From Candidatus Micrarchaeia archaeon (GTDB lineage Archaea > Micrarchaeota > Micrarchaeia > CABMEP01): 64,000 nt of DNA. Position 1 is the stretch's first letter, and every line of letters starts with the position of its first letter. Shown here in pieces: positions 46,523 to 56,933 of the stretch. The notes under the pieces were generated by a model. The model was not told where the DNA came from and made no database searches. It worked only from the letters and a program-made list of their open reading frames with translations. Made by a program: the position numbers and the translations under genes. The stretch is taken from assembly GCA_038881595.1 (NCBI GenBank), contig JAVZPM010000003.1, positions 4,739 through 68,738 of the forward strand. The letters run 5' to 3'.

Positions 46523-47713
46523 CTATTCTTCTTTTAGCAAAATTGACATCTGCCTTTGAATATCCGACATCTGAGATTTGTATTCTTCATAAAGAAATTC
46601 GAGATCTTGTTCAGTCCTTTGAATTTCTAATTTTACTTTATTATTTCTCTCTTCTTTTAGTACTGATATCTTTTGTTCGATAGAATTCAGTTCTTCTATA
46701 TATTCCTTTTCTTTCTTTGCCAATTCATTTATTTCTCTTTTGATAGCTCTTCTCTTTAGATAATCAATTACAAATCTATCATACATGCCAACTGTAACTA
46801 AAAAGATCAATGCAGCGGCAAGACCTTGGACTATGGTAAAGTTAGCTGATATAAAGTCACTGACTAATGAAAACTTTGCTATTTTGTCTTTAATAAATAA
46901 TTTAAATTGTTCTGTCTTGACCAATTCAGTTGCACCGAAAAATGCGACTATATACGATGCAACTATATGTGCTGCCTGCCATAATTTCTTTAAAGAAAGA
47001 ATATTTTTAACTGCATCTTTGATTTTTGTGAGTGATTTAACATTTGAATCTAAAAGCTGGTTATATTCTTTGATTTTTTCCAACTGCATTACTCGATTTC
47101 CATTCAATTTCTGCTTTACATCATTAAGTTTGTATTTTGATTCTGAAATTTCTTTTTCAATAGGGATTATTTCTACTCTTATTTTCTGTATATTTGAACT
47201 TAATATCTTTAAATATTCTTCATAATAGTTGTGCATGATATCTCTTTTTGCTCTTAGTAATTCATAGAATTGATTTCTTACTTTCTTTCCCTTACCCTTC
47301 AATGCAATTAGATCCTCCTTTGCTTTTCTTTCCATAAGTTCTATCTGGATTTTCTTATTAGTCTCAATGTTTTCATAATAATAAGGCCAAGAGTCTTCTG
47401 CCCTCTTCATATTTTTTGGAATTAAAAATATATTAGAAAGGATCATAGAACCTATCCTATGATCAGGGGTTGAAGATGTGATTATCATTTTAGAAATATC
47501 TATCGGTATATTCAAATTAGCAGCATCTATCTGTTCTGGAGTTGGAATATTGTTTGAAAAATAAAGATTTCTCTCTTCTTTTGGTACGCCAAAATTATGG
47601 TAATTAGTATTAAAATTAGTTGAATCAGAAATCTGATTCTGAAATGGATCTATAATTTTTTTGTCTAATTTTTCTTGCTCCTTTCTCTTCTTGAAGAACT
47701 CCCACATTCCCAT
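46523..47713 (-). CDS. Hypothetical coiled-coil protein with two central TM helices
   Basis: Long heptad-like K/E/I/L stretches flank AAHIVASYIVAFFGATELV and FTIVQGLAAALIFLVTVGMY. Start uncertain (TTG 47764, ATG 47713 or 47707). Confidence 0.5.
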   Translation of the reverse strand: MGMWEFFKKRKEQEKLDKKIIDPFQNQISDSTNFNTNYHNFGVPKEERNLYFSNNIPTPEQIDAANLNIPIDISKMIITSSTPDHRIGSMILSNIFLIPKNMKRAEDSWPYYYENIETNKKIQIELMERKAKEDLIALKGKGKKVRNQFYELLRAKRDIMHNYYEEYLKILSSNIQKIRVEIIPIEKEISESKYKLNDVKQKLNGNRVMQLEKIKEYNQLLDSNVKSLTKIKDAVKNILSLKKLWQAAHIVASYIVAFFGATELVKTEQFKLFIKDKIAKFSLVSDFISANFTIVQGLAAALIFLVTVGMYDRFVIDYLKRRAIKREINELAKKEKEYIEELNSIEQKISVLKEERNNKVKLEIQRTEQDLEFLYEEYKSQMSDIQRQMSILLKEE

Positions 47714-47789
47714 GATTAAAACAATCAGATGAAATATATAAATATTTCTATCTCTATTCGACAACTAACGAAAAGCAAAAAATATATGA

Positions 47790-49205
47790 TTAAGCAAGTT
47801 TCCAAATCGTTCCTTCTTTAGTATCATCAAGCAAAATTCCCTTTTCTTTAAGTTTATTTCTTATTTCATCTGCTTTAGCAAAATCTTTTCGCTTTCTTGC
47901 CTCGTTTCTTTCTTGAATTAATCTTTCAATCTCTTCCTTTGGAATCGGAAGCTGCTCTTCTTTTTTCTTCATATAATCAAGGATGCCTAGAACTTCGTCA
48001 AAATAAAACATTGCTTTCTTTACTTCCCTAGCATTGTCAATTCCCAATTGTTTTTCTTTCATAAGAATATTTATTTCTCTTATAAAATCGAATACTATTG
48101 CGATTGCTTGAGGAGTATTAAAATCATTTTCCAATGCCATATCGAATTTATTCTTTACTTCTTCTATAATTTGCTTAACATCTGGATTATTATATTCATT
48201 CTTTACCAGATCAAGATTTCGCATGAATTCAAAAATCCTATTAACTGAATTCTGGGCAGCTTCAAGTGCTTCCATTGAAAGATTTAATTGCTCTCTATAG
48301 TGGGATGAAATAAATAAGTATCTAACTGCTTCTGGCTTTACTCCCATATCAAGAACATCTTTAAGGGTCCAGAAATTACCCAATGATTTTGACATCTTTT
48401 GACCATTTATTAGAATATGCGCATTATGTAGCCAATATTTTACAAATGGCTTTCCTGTTGCTCCCTCTGCCTGTGCAATCTCGTTTTCATGATGTGGAAA
48501 GATTAGATCCACCCCTCCACAATGAATATCAAAAGACTCTCCGAGGTATTTCATTGACATTGCTGAACATTCTATATGCCAACCGGGTCTTCCTCTTCCG
48601 ATTTCAGTATCCCAATAAACATCTCCATCTTCAGGAGTCCATGCCTTCCATAATGCAAAATCAAAAACCTGATCTTTTGCGTATTCATCTGCGCTTACTC
48701 TTCCACTAGCCCCTGCTTTAAGTTGTGAAATATCCATATGAGAAAGCTTACCGTAGTCTTTAAATGCAGAAACTCTATAGTATATTGAACCATCTGCTCC
48801 TTTGTAAGCGATTCCAAGATTCATCAGCCGTTTTATGAGATTTACCATCTCTTTTATGTGTTCTGTAGCCTTTGGATGGATATCTGCTTTCTTTATGTTC
48901 AATGTTTCAAGATCATTAAAGAAAATTTGAGTGTATCTTTCTGTAAATTCTTTTAGAGAGATTCCCTCCTGCTGAGAACCTTTTATTGTTTTGTCATCGA
49001 CATCTGTAATATTCATTACGAAAGTGAGTCTGTATCCTTTATGAATTAAAGTTCTTCTTACTATATCGTAAAATGTAAATGCACGAAGATTTCCTAGATG
49101 GGCATAATTATATACTGTCGGCCCACAGCAATACATTTTTACATGATTGTCTTCTAAAGGCTTAAAATGTTCAAGTTTTCTTGACAATGTATTATAAACT
49201 AGCAT
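47790..49205 (-). CDS. cysS: Cysteinyl-tRNA synthetase
   Basis: CGPTVYNYAHLGNLRAF (HIGH-type), GWHIECSAM, GQKMSKSLGN (KMSKS). ATG at 49205 after TGTGATCTT. The listed 5' extension is hydrophobic junk. Confidence 0.92.
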   Translation of the reverse strand: MLVYNTLSRKLEHFKPLEDNHVKMYCCGPTVYNYAHLGNLRAFTFYDIVRRTLIHKGYRLTFVMNITDVDDKTIKGSQQEGISLKEFTERYTQIFFNDLETLNIKKADIHPKATEHIKEMVNLIKRLMNLGIAYKGADGSIYYRVSAFKDYGKLSHMDISQLKAGASGRVSADEYAKDQVFDFALWKAWTPEDGDVYWDTEIGRGRPGWHIECSAMSMKYLGESFDIHCGGVDLIFPHHENEIAQAEGATGKPFVKYWLHNAHILINGQKMSKSLGNFWTLKDVLDMGVKPEAVRYLFISSHYREQLNLSMEALEAAQNSVNRIFEFMRNLDLVKNEYNNPDVKQIIEEVKNKFDMALENDFNTPQAIAIVFDFIREINILMKEKQLGIDNAREVKKAMFYFDEVLGILDYMKKKEEQLPIPKEEIERLIQERNEARKRKDFAKADEIRNKLKEKGILLDDTKEGTIWKLA

Positions 49206-49619
49206 AAGATCACAAATAAAAAATGAGCAAAAAGATATAAAAAGATAATAGAAAATAAAGGATTTCAAGTGCCTCTAAAGATACATAAGGAAGAGATTCA
49301 AAGAATACTTATATTTTCAGATGGAAATAAGACTCTTTGTTTGGACTAAAACCTTCCTTTAAAAATTCCTTTATTGTTTTTATGTCATTGTCTACAATTG
49401 CATAATAAAAGTCCCACAACTTTTGATTTTTTTCATCATAATCCTTCATTTTAGAAATCTCATCTTTTTCATATCTTTAAATGATTCAAATTTCTTTTTC
49501 AGATTTGTCTTTATCTACCTTCTTAAAGTTTTCCCTCTTATCACCATTAAAGTGTAAAATAAGACTAATAAGAAAACAACACCCATATAAAAACTTTTTG
49601 TTTGCAGATATAACCAAAA

Positions 49620-49943
49620 TTAGTATTCAATATAGAATAGATCTTCTTTTAACTTGTAATCAACATAATTTTTATCTGAAGGAAAGAAAACCTTAACTTC
49701 CTCTACAATAATTAAAAATTCATTTAAAGAAATCTGTCTTATAAAATCATCAAACTGCTCCTTTGAATCTGCTTCACAAAAAATTTCAACATCGTTATTA
49801 TCTAGATTTCTTACAAAACCTCTTATACCTAATTTTCGAGCTTGTCTTGCTGTCCTAAATCGATATCCTACACCTTGAACAGAACCAGAAACTATTATTC
49901 TAGCTTTTATCTTATTTGAAATATTATTCATTTCTTTTTCCAT
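49620..49943 (-). CDS. acyP: Acylphosphatase
   Basis: ARIIVSGSVQGVGYRFRTARQARKLGIRGFVRNL matches V.G.VQGV.FR / G.V.N. The listed ORF extension to 50075 runs through tRNA-Cys. Confidence 0.8.
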   Translation of the reverse strand: MEKEMNNISNKIKARIIVSGSVQGVGYRFRTARQARKLGIRGFVRNLDNNDVEIFCEADSKEQFDDFIRQISLNEFLIIVEEVKVFFPSDKNYVDYKLKEDLFYIEY

Positions 49944-49986
49944 AACCAAACCTATAAAATAAATTTGGTAACTGACAAGAAGAAAA

Positions 49987-50057
49987 AGCCAGGTGAGGGA
50001 GTCGAACCCCCCTTTCCCGCTCTGCAGGCGGGTGCATCGCCGCTCTGCCAACCTGGC
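49987..50057 (-). tRNA. tRNA-Cys(GCA)
   Basis: Minus read: GCCAGGT-TG-GCAG..-CCCGC-CTGCAGA-GCGGG-..-GGGGG-TTCGACT-CCCTC-ACCTGGC-T. TTTATATA box (50076..50083 on +) about 20 nt upstream. Confidence 0.85.
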
Positions 50058-50135
50058 GATAAAAAGAATTGACACTATATAAATAATAGTAAAAGTTTTT
50101 TAACCTTAATAAATAATTTATAAACAAGTGATTAT

Positions 50136-50456
50136 ATGCAAATAGATCCGAGACAACTTCAAAAAATGATGAAACAGATGGGAATTGATACAGAAGAGAT
50201 ATCTGCAAATCGGGTTATAATCGAACAGGATGACAAAAAGATAATTCTTAATGATCCAAAAATAATAAAGGTAAATGCAAAAGGAGATATCTCTTTCCAA
50301 ATAAGTGCTGAAGAAATAAAAGAAGAAATGATGATATCAAATGAAGACATAGAGCTAGTATCTAAACAAGCAGGAGTAGATAAAGAAACCGCAAGGAAAG
50401 CATTAGAGGAGAGCAGTGGTGATGTTGCAGAGGCAATAATGAAGCTGAAAAAATAA
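50136..50456 (+). CDS. nac: Nascent polypeptide-associated complex protein (archaeal NAC)
   Basis: NAC domain (RVIIEQDDKKIILNDPKIIKVNAKG) plus the C-terminal UBA (DKETARKALEESSGDVAEAIMKL). Confidence 0.88.
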   Translation: MQIDPRQLQKMMKQMGIDTEEISANRVIIEQDDKKIILNDPKIIKVNAKGDISFQISAEEIKEEMMISNEDIELVSKQAGVDKETARKALEESSGDVAEAIMKLKK

Positions 50457-50473
50457 CAAATAAATAACTAAAA

Positions 50474-51283
50474 TTAACTTTTTGTTTCTTTTATCTCTTT
50501 TATTATTTTATCTGCATCTGCCTTAATACCAAACTCTGAGAAATATCTTACTAGATTTCTAATGTCTCTTTCAAAAAATTCATTCGCCATTGGATGATCT
50601 AATAGAACAGTTTGTCCCACATCTATTATATGTAACTTACTTTTTTTTCCTTCTGAATCTGTAGTTACAAGAATATTATATTCACTTAAATCACTGTGCA
50701 CAAGTCCAATTGAATAAAGCTTCTTTATTTCTTTTATTATTTGTTTGAAATTTTTCTTTGGCTCTGGTGGTCCAATTTTTTTAAGCAAAGGGGCGGGAGT
50801 ACCGTTTTCATCTCCTATAAACTCCATTAAAAGAACATTATTCCTAAAGTAATACGGCTCTGGAACACTTATTCCCTCTTCATAGCAAAGCCTTAGATTT
50901 CTAAATTCCTTTTTAGTCCATTCGTAAACTATCTCTTTCTTGGAATGCGGTACCTTTCTAAATCTTGGATCTCCTCTTATGTAATTCTGCATGTGTTTAA
51001 AATCAGATGTTTCTATCATATATATCTTTAAAGCTGCAAACTTAGACTTTTTCTTCTTTAAATCTTGATTCAAAAGTTTGCTTCCCTTAGTTGCCCTAAA
51101 AACATATGCTTCCTTTCCTTTTGAAATTGGAAAATCTATGCTCTCTATATATTTATTATTCAAAAGATGAATCAAGATGTCTAAAACCTTAGGATCAAAA
51201 ACTTCACTCTCGATCTTTTTCCTTTCTTTCCTCGTTTTTATTGCCTTATCTAAAAATTCGAACTCATCAATAGGCATAATCAT
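50474..51283 (-). CDS. rio1: RIO-type serine/threonine kinase (Rio1)
   Basis: ISKGKEAYVF, LVHSDLSEYNILV, IIDVGQTV. Confidence 0.88.
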   Translation of the reverse strand: MIMPIDEFEFLDKAIKTRKERKKIESEVFDPKVLDILIHLLNNKYIESIDFPISKGKEAYVFRATKGSKLLNQDLKKKKSKFAALKIYMIETSDFKHMQNYIRGDPRFRKVPHSKKEIVYEWTKKEFRNLRLCYEEGISVPEPYYFRNNVLLMEFIGDENGTPAPLLKKIGPPEPKKNFKQIIKEIKKLYSIGLVHSDLSEYNILVTTDSEGKKSKLHIIDVGQTVLLDHPMANEFFERDIRNLVRYFSEFGIKADADKIIKEIKETKS

Positions 51284-51317
51284 CCCAAACCAAAATAAAC
51301 AAAAAGTGAAAAGAATA

Positions 51318-51623
51318 TCATTCTAGATCCTTCAAAAATCCATGTCTTCTAAGCCAATCTGCTTGGATCTTTGTATATCTCCAGATTATGTCCCCTTTCT
51401 TATCGCTCTCGATTGCCCATGGCTCTACTATAACATAATCCCCTTCTTTAACCCAAATGTCATGTTTTATTTTTCCTGGCACTCTACACAATCTTTCCTT
51501 CTTATCTGAGCATAAAACTATAAATCTGCTTCCACCAACTCTTCCAATAATAAGACCTAAAACCTCTTTGTCTTTAGGTGTTCTAACTCTAAATCCTTGT
51601 TCTCCTTGATTTTGTTCTGTCAA
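51318..51623 (-). CDS. eif1a: Translation initiation factor aIF-1A
   Basis: RVRTPKDKEVLGLIIGRVGGSRFIVLCSDKKERLCRVPGKIKHDIWVKEGDYVIVEPW. TTG start after GGTGG. Confidence 0.9.
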   Translation of the reverse strand: MTEQNQGEQGFRVRTPKDKEVLGLIIGRVGGSRFIVLCSDKKERLCRVPGKIKHDIWVKEGDYVIVEPWAIESDKKGDIIWRYTKIQADWLRRHGFLKDLE

Positions 51624-51662
51624 TAAACCACCGTATTAAATGAAACTAATAAATATTATTGA

Positions 51663-52085
51663 TTAGACTTTTGGAACTGATGAACGAGCACCACATGCTT
51701 CGCAAATCATTATCATAAGACCTCTTTCAACTTCTTCTAACCTTGTATCTGGAAGCTTGCATTGCTTACAGTAAAGGAATATCTCCATGTATTGCTTGAG
51801 CTTTTCATTTAAGAGCTTATCATTTACTTTTGTATTTAAAATAAGCTTACCTCCTTCTATATTAAAACTTGTTGCCAATTCCTTTGCAAGAAATTTTCCA
51901 ACGTGCCTTGGATCTCTCCTCATCTTGTTTGTTATTGATTCAAAATTCTTTACGATAGTCTTATTTCCTTGAACAAGCGTCTCTGGAACTGGAATTTCTA
52001 AACGTTCTTTTGTAACTCTTTTTTCTGGAAGTTCTGAATACGCCTTGTCAAGCAATTTTTCATAATCATTTATATCGATGCTCAT
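51663..52085 (-). CDS. eif2b: Translation initiation factor aIF-2 beta subunit
   Basis: YEKLLDKAYSELP..., FLAKELATSFNIEGGKLILN, and the zinc ribbon CKQCKLPDT...CEACG. Confidence 0.9.
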   Translation of the reverse strand: MSIDINDYEKLLDKAYSELPEKRVTKERLEIPVPETLVQGNKTIVKNFESITNKMRRDPRHVGKFLAKELATSFNIEGGKLILNTKVNDKLLNEKLKQYMEIFLYCKQCKLPDTRLEEVERGLMIMICEACGARSSVPKV

Positions 52086-52172
52086 AAAATCACAAACTAA
52101 TATGTAAAACTGTATTATACTATTGTTATTAAGATTTATAAAGAATAAACATTGTCATATTGATATATTATT

Positions 52173-53057
52173 TTAATAAAAAGACGTATTTAATATACCC
52201 AGCAATCCTGAAACAATTAAAATTGCAATGAGAGACACACCAACTATATAGGGGAGAGCTGGCATTATCTCTTTACTTCTAGCTGCATTAATAAAAACTA
52301 GATAAAGCCCTAATGTTGAGGCAAGCATTGATATGGTTGGAAAGATTAAGCCTCCGAGTTTATAAGATACTACTGTTATCATAGATGCAACAGCCGCATC
52401 ACCAGTTCCTAATTCTATATGCCAAGGCTGTTCCTTTGATATGATCTTTCCTTGCTCCCTGATTTTTATCTGTCTTGTTCCCTCAAACCCAATTGAAAAA
52501 GATGTCTTCTCTTTCATGAAGTACTGAGCAAACTTTACCATATGCTTTGTCCATCTTACAGCGAGTATATCATAGATTGCAAGTAAAATAACGAATATAA
52601 ACAAAGGAATTGGATCAATTGAGAATGCGATTACTGCACCTATGCCTGCTGCTGCAATCATTGCAAGAAGGTTTCTAAAAGAAATGAAGATCATCCTTAA
52701 TATAAATAATAATAAAGAAAGTATAAGTGCTATAAAATCTGCATAACCTATATTAAATGCAGATAGAAAAACGAAAAAAACGACAAACGAAGCAAATATT
52801 GCAGAGATAAATTCAACTATGAGTATTAAGTATTTTTTGAAAGGCATTAATAATAGAATTAGTATCAAAGCAGCACCTATAAGAATTGATACTAAAAGAT
52901 AGAATGAATTTGATATTGAACGAGATTCATCTGGAGCAATATTTAATGCATAAAGGGCTGGATTTGTTTTAGCTCCTTCAATAAGAAGAACGCCCACCCC
53001 TAACGAAATTAGCTGTGTCAGTAGAAACAAAATCAAAACAATATCTAATGGTTTCAT
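52173..53057 (-). CDS. Presenilin/signal-peptide-peptidase-like intramembrane aspartyl protease (A22 family)
   Basis: The three signature motifs in order: AIYDILAV (YD), LGTGDAAV (GxGD), MPALPYI (PAL). Nine-TM-like hydropathy. ATG at 53057. Confidence 0.85.
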   Translation of the reverse strand: MKPLDIVLILFLLTQLISLGVGVLLIEGAKTNPALYALNIAPDESRSISNSFYLLVSILIGAALILILLLMPFKKYLILIVEFISAIFASFVVFFVFLSAFNIGYADFIALILSLLLFILRMIFISFRNLLAMIAAAGIGAVIAFSIDPIPLFIFVILLAIYDILAVRWTKHMVKFAQYFMKEKTSFSIGFEGTRQIKIREQGKIISKEQPWHIELGTGDAAVASMITVVSYKLGGLIFPTISMLASTLGLYLVFINAARSKEIMPALPYIVGVSLIAILIVSGLLGILNTSFY

Positions 53058-53175
53058 TCTAACCACTTAAAATAATGAACTGAAAATTGACTATAATATT
53101 AACTCATATTTTTATTTGAAGTGATAAATTTAAAATAATATTCAAAATCAGAAGCAAGATTAATTATTAGATTAG

Positions 53176-55218
53176 TTATTCATATGTATGTACTATCTTA
53201 AAGTGACCTGGCTTAGGTTCAAAGATCTCTCCTTTCTTAAGCATTTCATCTAAAATCATTCTTATTGTTCTTTCTTCAAGCTTCAGATTATTAATTCCTT
53301 CTTCATATATTTTTTCCTTAGGTATCGGATCGAATTGTTTACTTAATTCTCTCATGGCACCATATAAATCATAGTACTGTTGCTGCTTTGATTTTGGCTG
53401 ACCTGTTACAATCATATCTATGTTGATTGCACCTGTAGTTCTATCTAAAGCAATCTCTTTTAATACATATTCCATCAAGCTAATTGCAAGTTCTGCATCT
53501 CTAAGCTCAACAACTTCAGACAACCTTGACTTTGCGCTTGCCTCACTTAAACGGATTATACCTTCAATTTGACGTGGAGTAATTGGAACCGCACCCTGTC
53601 TTTTACCCATTTCTCTTAATTGAACATAAAATGACTCAATTCTATTTTGAGCCTCTGGTGATAATTTAGGCTTTATGTTTTTCCTTGCATAAGCGATATA
53701 CTTCCTTAAGAAATCAGTATCTACTTTTTCTTCTTTAGACTCTGGGATTATTTTTTCTGCTGCATTCTTGTGTGTTTCTAAAAGATATCGTGCTAATTTT
53801 CTATCTGAACTTTCGTCTATTACATCTCTTATTGGAAATATCAGATCGAATCTACTTTGAAGGGTTGGTGGAATATCAAATTGAATTGCAATAAGCTGAT
53901 TAGGATCAAACCTTCCAAATTTAGGATTTGCAGCTGCAAGAATTGATGTTTTTGCCTTAAACTTAGCAACTATTCCTGCCTTAGCTACTGAAACAGTTCC
54001 TGATTCCATGACTTCATGGAGAGCTGCTCTTTCTGTATCGTCTATTTTATCAAATTCATCAACAGCTGCAAGACCCCCCGATGCAAGAACTAATGCTCCT
54101 GCCTTTAAAGTCCATCCTTCCCCAAGATCGTCTCTCTCTGCGGAAGCAGTAAGACCAACGCCAGATACTGACTTACCACTCACATAAATGCTCTTTGGTG
54201 CCAATGAAGCCACATATTGAAGCATTCTTGTCTTTGCAGCACCAGGATCACCTATTAGCAATATATGGATGTCACTCCTTATTCTTCCACCTTCTGGAAG
54301 AACCTTGTCTGGATTTCCTCCAAATAATTGAAGTGCAACTGCCTGCTTCATCTCTCTATGACCATAAATTGAAGGAGCTATCGAATTAGTTATTATATCA
54401 AATACATTAGGCTGTCTTGCAAATTCTTGTATCTTTTTTATATCTTCTTTTGTCAATTCAACCTCTTCAAATTCTCTTTGAGTATTTCTTATTGAAACTA
54501 CATCTATATACTTTGAATAAATTGGATCCTTTAATTTACCAACTTGCCTTAATCTTACAATTCCTACAACTTCTATTGTATCCCCAGGTATAATTGTATT
54601 GCATAAATCATCATCTAAAAAAAGTTCGATATGACTTGCCGGAGAACCACTCCTTACTCTTTCAAGAAGCTCCTGTATTTCAGCACGCTGGATATTCATG
54701 AATTTTGAGGCTTTTTCGTCAAGCTCGAGGGTTCTTTTTCTACAGTTACTACATACATCTGGAACATACACTCCTTTCTCCATTACAACTTTTTCAGTAT
54801 TTCCACAATTTGTACAATTATAAATTGCAACCTTCACTTTTGGCCTTATTTCTGCACGTTTTGTTACTACACCTGTAACACTTACTAATTTATGAATGTG
54901 TTCTGAACCAATATCTTGAATTAGCACCGTTTTTTCAGCTGTCTCTACTTCTTCTACTCTAACATGGGGTTCAAAGTTTTTCTTTTCTTCCCCAGCCATG
55001 GAAATAAGAGCTAATTCTGCTGCTTTCAAATAGGCATCTGGATTATCGATTAATTTCTCTGCAAATTCATGGTCATATTTGTGCAATTCTTTATATGAAA
55101 AATAAAAGCTTCTTTTTTCAGGATAAAGATTCTTCAAGATCTGAAACTCCTTACTATATCTATCTGTAAAGAATTCTTCGAATTTTTGAGTTATTGGAGA
55201 AAGATCTGGTTGAATCAT
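53176..55218 (-). CDS. mcm: MCM replicative helicase
   Basis: Zinc finger CTNCGN...CSNCRK, Walker A LLIGDPGAAKT, Walker B AAVDEFDK, Arg finger LQSRFDLIF, and a C-terminal wHTH. Confidence 0.93.
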   Translation of the reverse strand: MIQPDLSPITQKFEEFFTDRYSKEFQILKNLYPEKRSFYFSYKELHKYDHEFAEKLIDNPDAYLKAAELALISMAGEEKKNFEPHVRVEEVETAEKTVLIQDIGSEHIHKLVSVTGVVTKRAEIRPKVKVAIYNCTNCGNTEKVVMEKGVYVPDVCSNCRKRTLELDEKASKFMNIQRAEIQELLERVRSGSPASHIELFLDDDLCNTIIPGDTIEVVGIVRLRQVGKLKDPIYSKYIDVVSIRNTQREFEEVELTKEDIKKIQEFARQPNVFDIITNSIAPSIYGHREMKQAVALQLFGGNPDKVLPEGGRIRSDIHILLIGDPGAAKTRMLQYVASLAPKSIYVSGKSVSGVGLTASAERDDLGEGWTLKAGALVLASGGLAAVDEFDKIDDTERAALHEVMESGTVSVAKAGIVAKFKAKTSILAAANPKFGRFDPNQLIAIQFDIPPTLQSRFDLIFPIRDVIDESSDRKLARYLLETHKNAAEKIIPESKEEKVDTDFLRKYIAYARKNIKPKLSPEAQNRIESFYVQLREMGKRQGAVPITPRQIEGIIRLSEASAKSRLSEVVELRDAELAISLMEYVLKEIALDRTTGAINIDMIVTGQPKSKQQQYYDLYGAMRELSKQFDPIPKEKIYEEGINNLKLEERTIRMILDEMLKKGEIFEPKPGHFKIVHTYE

Positions 55219-55463
55219 TTTATCACATTAAATATCAAAGATTAGAAAAATAATGAATTTAAACAATTAATATTTCAACAGCGATATCTTAATAAACTTA
55301 ATCAGGCCCCTCACTGCTAATAATCTTTATTCGAGTAAATTAATAATTTATTTGAACAAATAAATAAACAGTTAAATTATAAAATATATCAACTGATAGA
55401 TATATTGTGAAATTTATATATTTTTTACAACCATATTTCTAGTGATTGTTAATAGGGGGTAGA

Positions 55464-56933
55464 ATGAAATTCTATGTTACAACTCCAATATATTATATTA
55501 ATGACCTACCACATATAGGAAGCGCATACACTACGATAATTGCAGACATTCTTGCAATCTGGCACAGAATGAAAGGAGACGATACTTTCTTCTTAACTGG
55601 GCTAGATGAAAATTCAGTAAAGACAGTTCAGGCTGCAGAAGCAAAAGGATACAAAGATATACAAAAATACACAGATGAAATGGCTGAAAAATGGAAAAAC
55701 GCATGGCAGAAACTAAATCTTACCTATGATGATTTTATAAGAACTACAGAGGAAAGACATAAGAAAAATGTTATCAAATTCTTTAATAAAATCTATGAGA
55801 ATGGAGATATATATAAAGGAGTATATGAAGGACTATACTGTGATGGGTGTGAGGAGTTTAAACTCGAAAAGGATGCACCAGATGGGGTATGCCCAATCCA
55901 CAAAAAGCAATTGAAGAAGATAAAAGAGGAGAATTACTATTTTAAATTATCTAAGTACAGAGATAGAATATTAGAACACATAGAAAAAAATCCTGATTTC
56001 ATAAAACCAGAAAAAAGAAGAAATGAAATAATTAGCTTCCTTAAACAGGGTTTAATTGATACATCTATCTCAAGGCCAGGTTTAAAATGGGGAATAGATC
56101 TTCCGATAGATAAAGATCACAAGTTTTGGGTATGGTTTGATGCATTGATTAATTATTTATTACCTGAAAAGTACTGGCCACCAGAGGTTCAACTTCTTGG
56201 AAAGGATATCGCAAGATTCCATTGTATAACTTGGATAGGTATGCTAATGTCTGCAGGATATCCTCTGCCAAAAACAATGTATGTGCATGGATTCTTTACA
56301 GTAAATGGTCAAAAGATGTCTAAATCTTTAGGAAATGCAATAGATCCTATTAGTCTATCTGAAAAATATACAATTGATGGAATTAGATATTACATGTTAA
56401 GAGACATTTCTCTTGGTGAGGATGGAGATTTCTCAGAAGTTGCACTTAAAGAGAGAATAAATAACGAAGTAGTTGCAAATTATAGCAATCTTTTCTATAG
56501 AATAACTTCATTCATACAGAAAAACTATAATGGAAAGCTTCCTTCAGCAAACTATAGTGAAAAAGAAAATGAAATTCTTAAGCAGATTTCCTCTCTTGTA
56601 AAACGATACGAGAGCGAAATGCAAGAATATGAACTTACAAAGGCGCTTTCAACTGCAGTAGAAGTTTCAACGATTGCAAATAAATATATCCAAGAAAATG
56701 AACCCTGGAAGATAATCAAGGAAAATAAAGAGAAGGCAGGATCTATTCTTAATTTTGGAGCTCAGCTACTTAGAACATCTGTACTTTTATATTATCCATT
56801 CATGCCAAATTCTGGAAAAATCGCATGTGAAGCATTAGGTATAAAACCGGAATGGAAAGATGTTGAAAAACCTGTTCTGAAGGAAGGGCATGAACTAAAA
56901 GCAGTGATGTTATTTAAGAAAATAGAAACATAA
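55464..56933 (+). CDS. metG: Methionyl-tRNA synthetase (short form, no C-terminal tRNA-binding domain)
   Basis: TTPIYYINDLPHIGSAYT, zinc knuckle CDGCEEF...CPIHKK, GQKMSKSLGN. ATG 55464 after GGGGGT. Confidence 0.92.
   Translation: MKFYVTTPIYYINDLPHIGSAYTTIIADILAIWHRMKGDDTFFLTGLDENSVKTVQAAEAKGYKDIQKYTDEMAEKWKNAWQKLNLTYDDFIRTTEERHKKNVIKFFNKIYENGDIYKGVYEGLYCDGCEEFKLEKDAPDGVCPIHKKQLKKIKEENYYFKLSKYRDRILEHIEKNPDFIKPEKRRNEIISFLKQGLIDTSISRPGLKWGIDLPIDKDHKFWVWFDALINYLLPEKYWPPEVQLLGKDIARFHCITWIGMLMSAGYPLPKTMYVHGFFTVNGQKMSKSLGNAIDPISLSEKYTIDGIRYYMLRDISLGEDGDFSEVALKERINNEVVANYSNLFYRITSFIQKNYNGKLPSANYSEKENEILKQISSLVKRYESEMQEYELTKALSTAVEVSTIANKYIQENEPWKIIKENKEKAGSILNFGAQLLRTSVLLYYPFMPNSGKIACEALGIKPEWKDVEKPVLKEGHELKAVMLFKKIET

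Noticed and set aside
49944-50208. 5' extension of the acylphosphatase ORF, and ORFs 49924..50208 and 50118..50300.
   Set aside because: They run through tRNA-Cys and its promoter or antisense to nac. The acylphosphatase domain starts at the ATG at 49943.
55219-55463. Possible replication origin next to mcm (AT-rich divergent spacer).
   Set aside because: No ORB-like repeated elements or flanking orc1/cdc6 gene are visible. AT-richness alone is uninformative in this genome.
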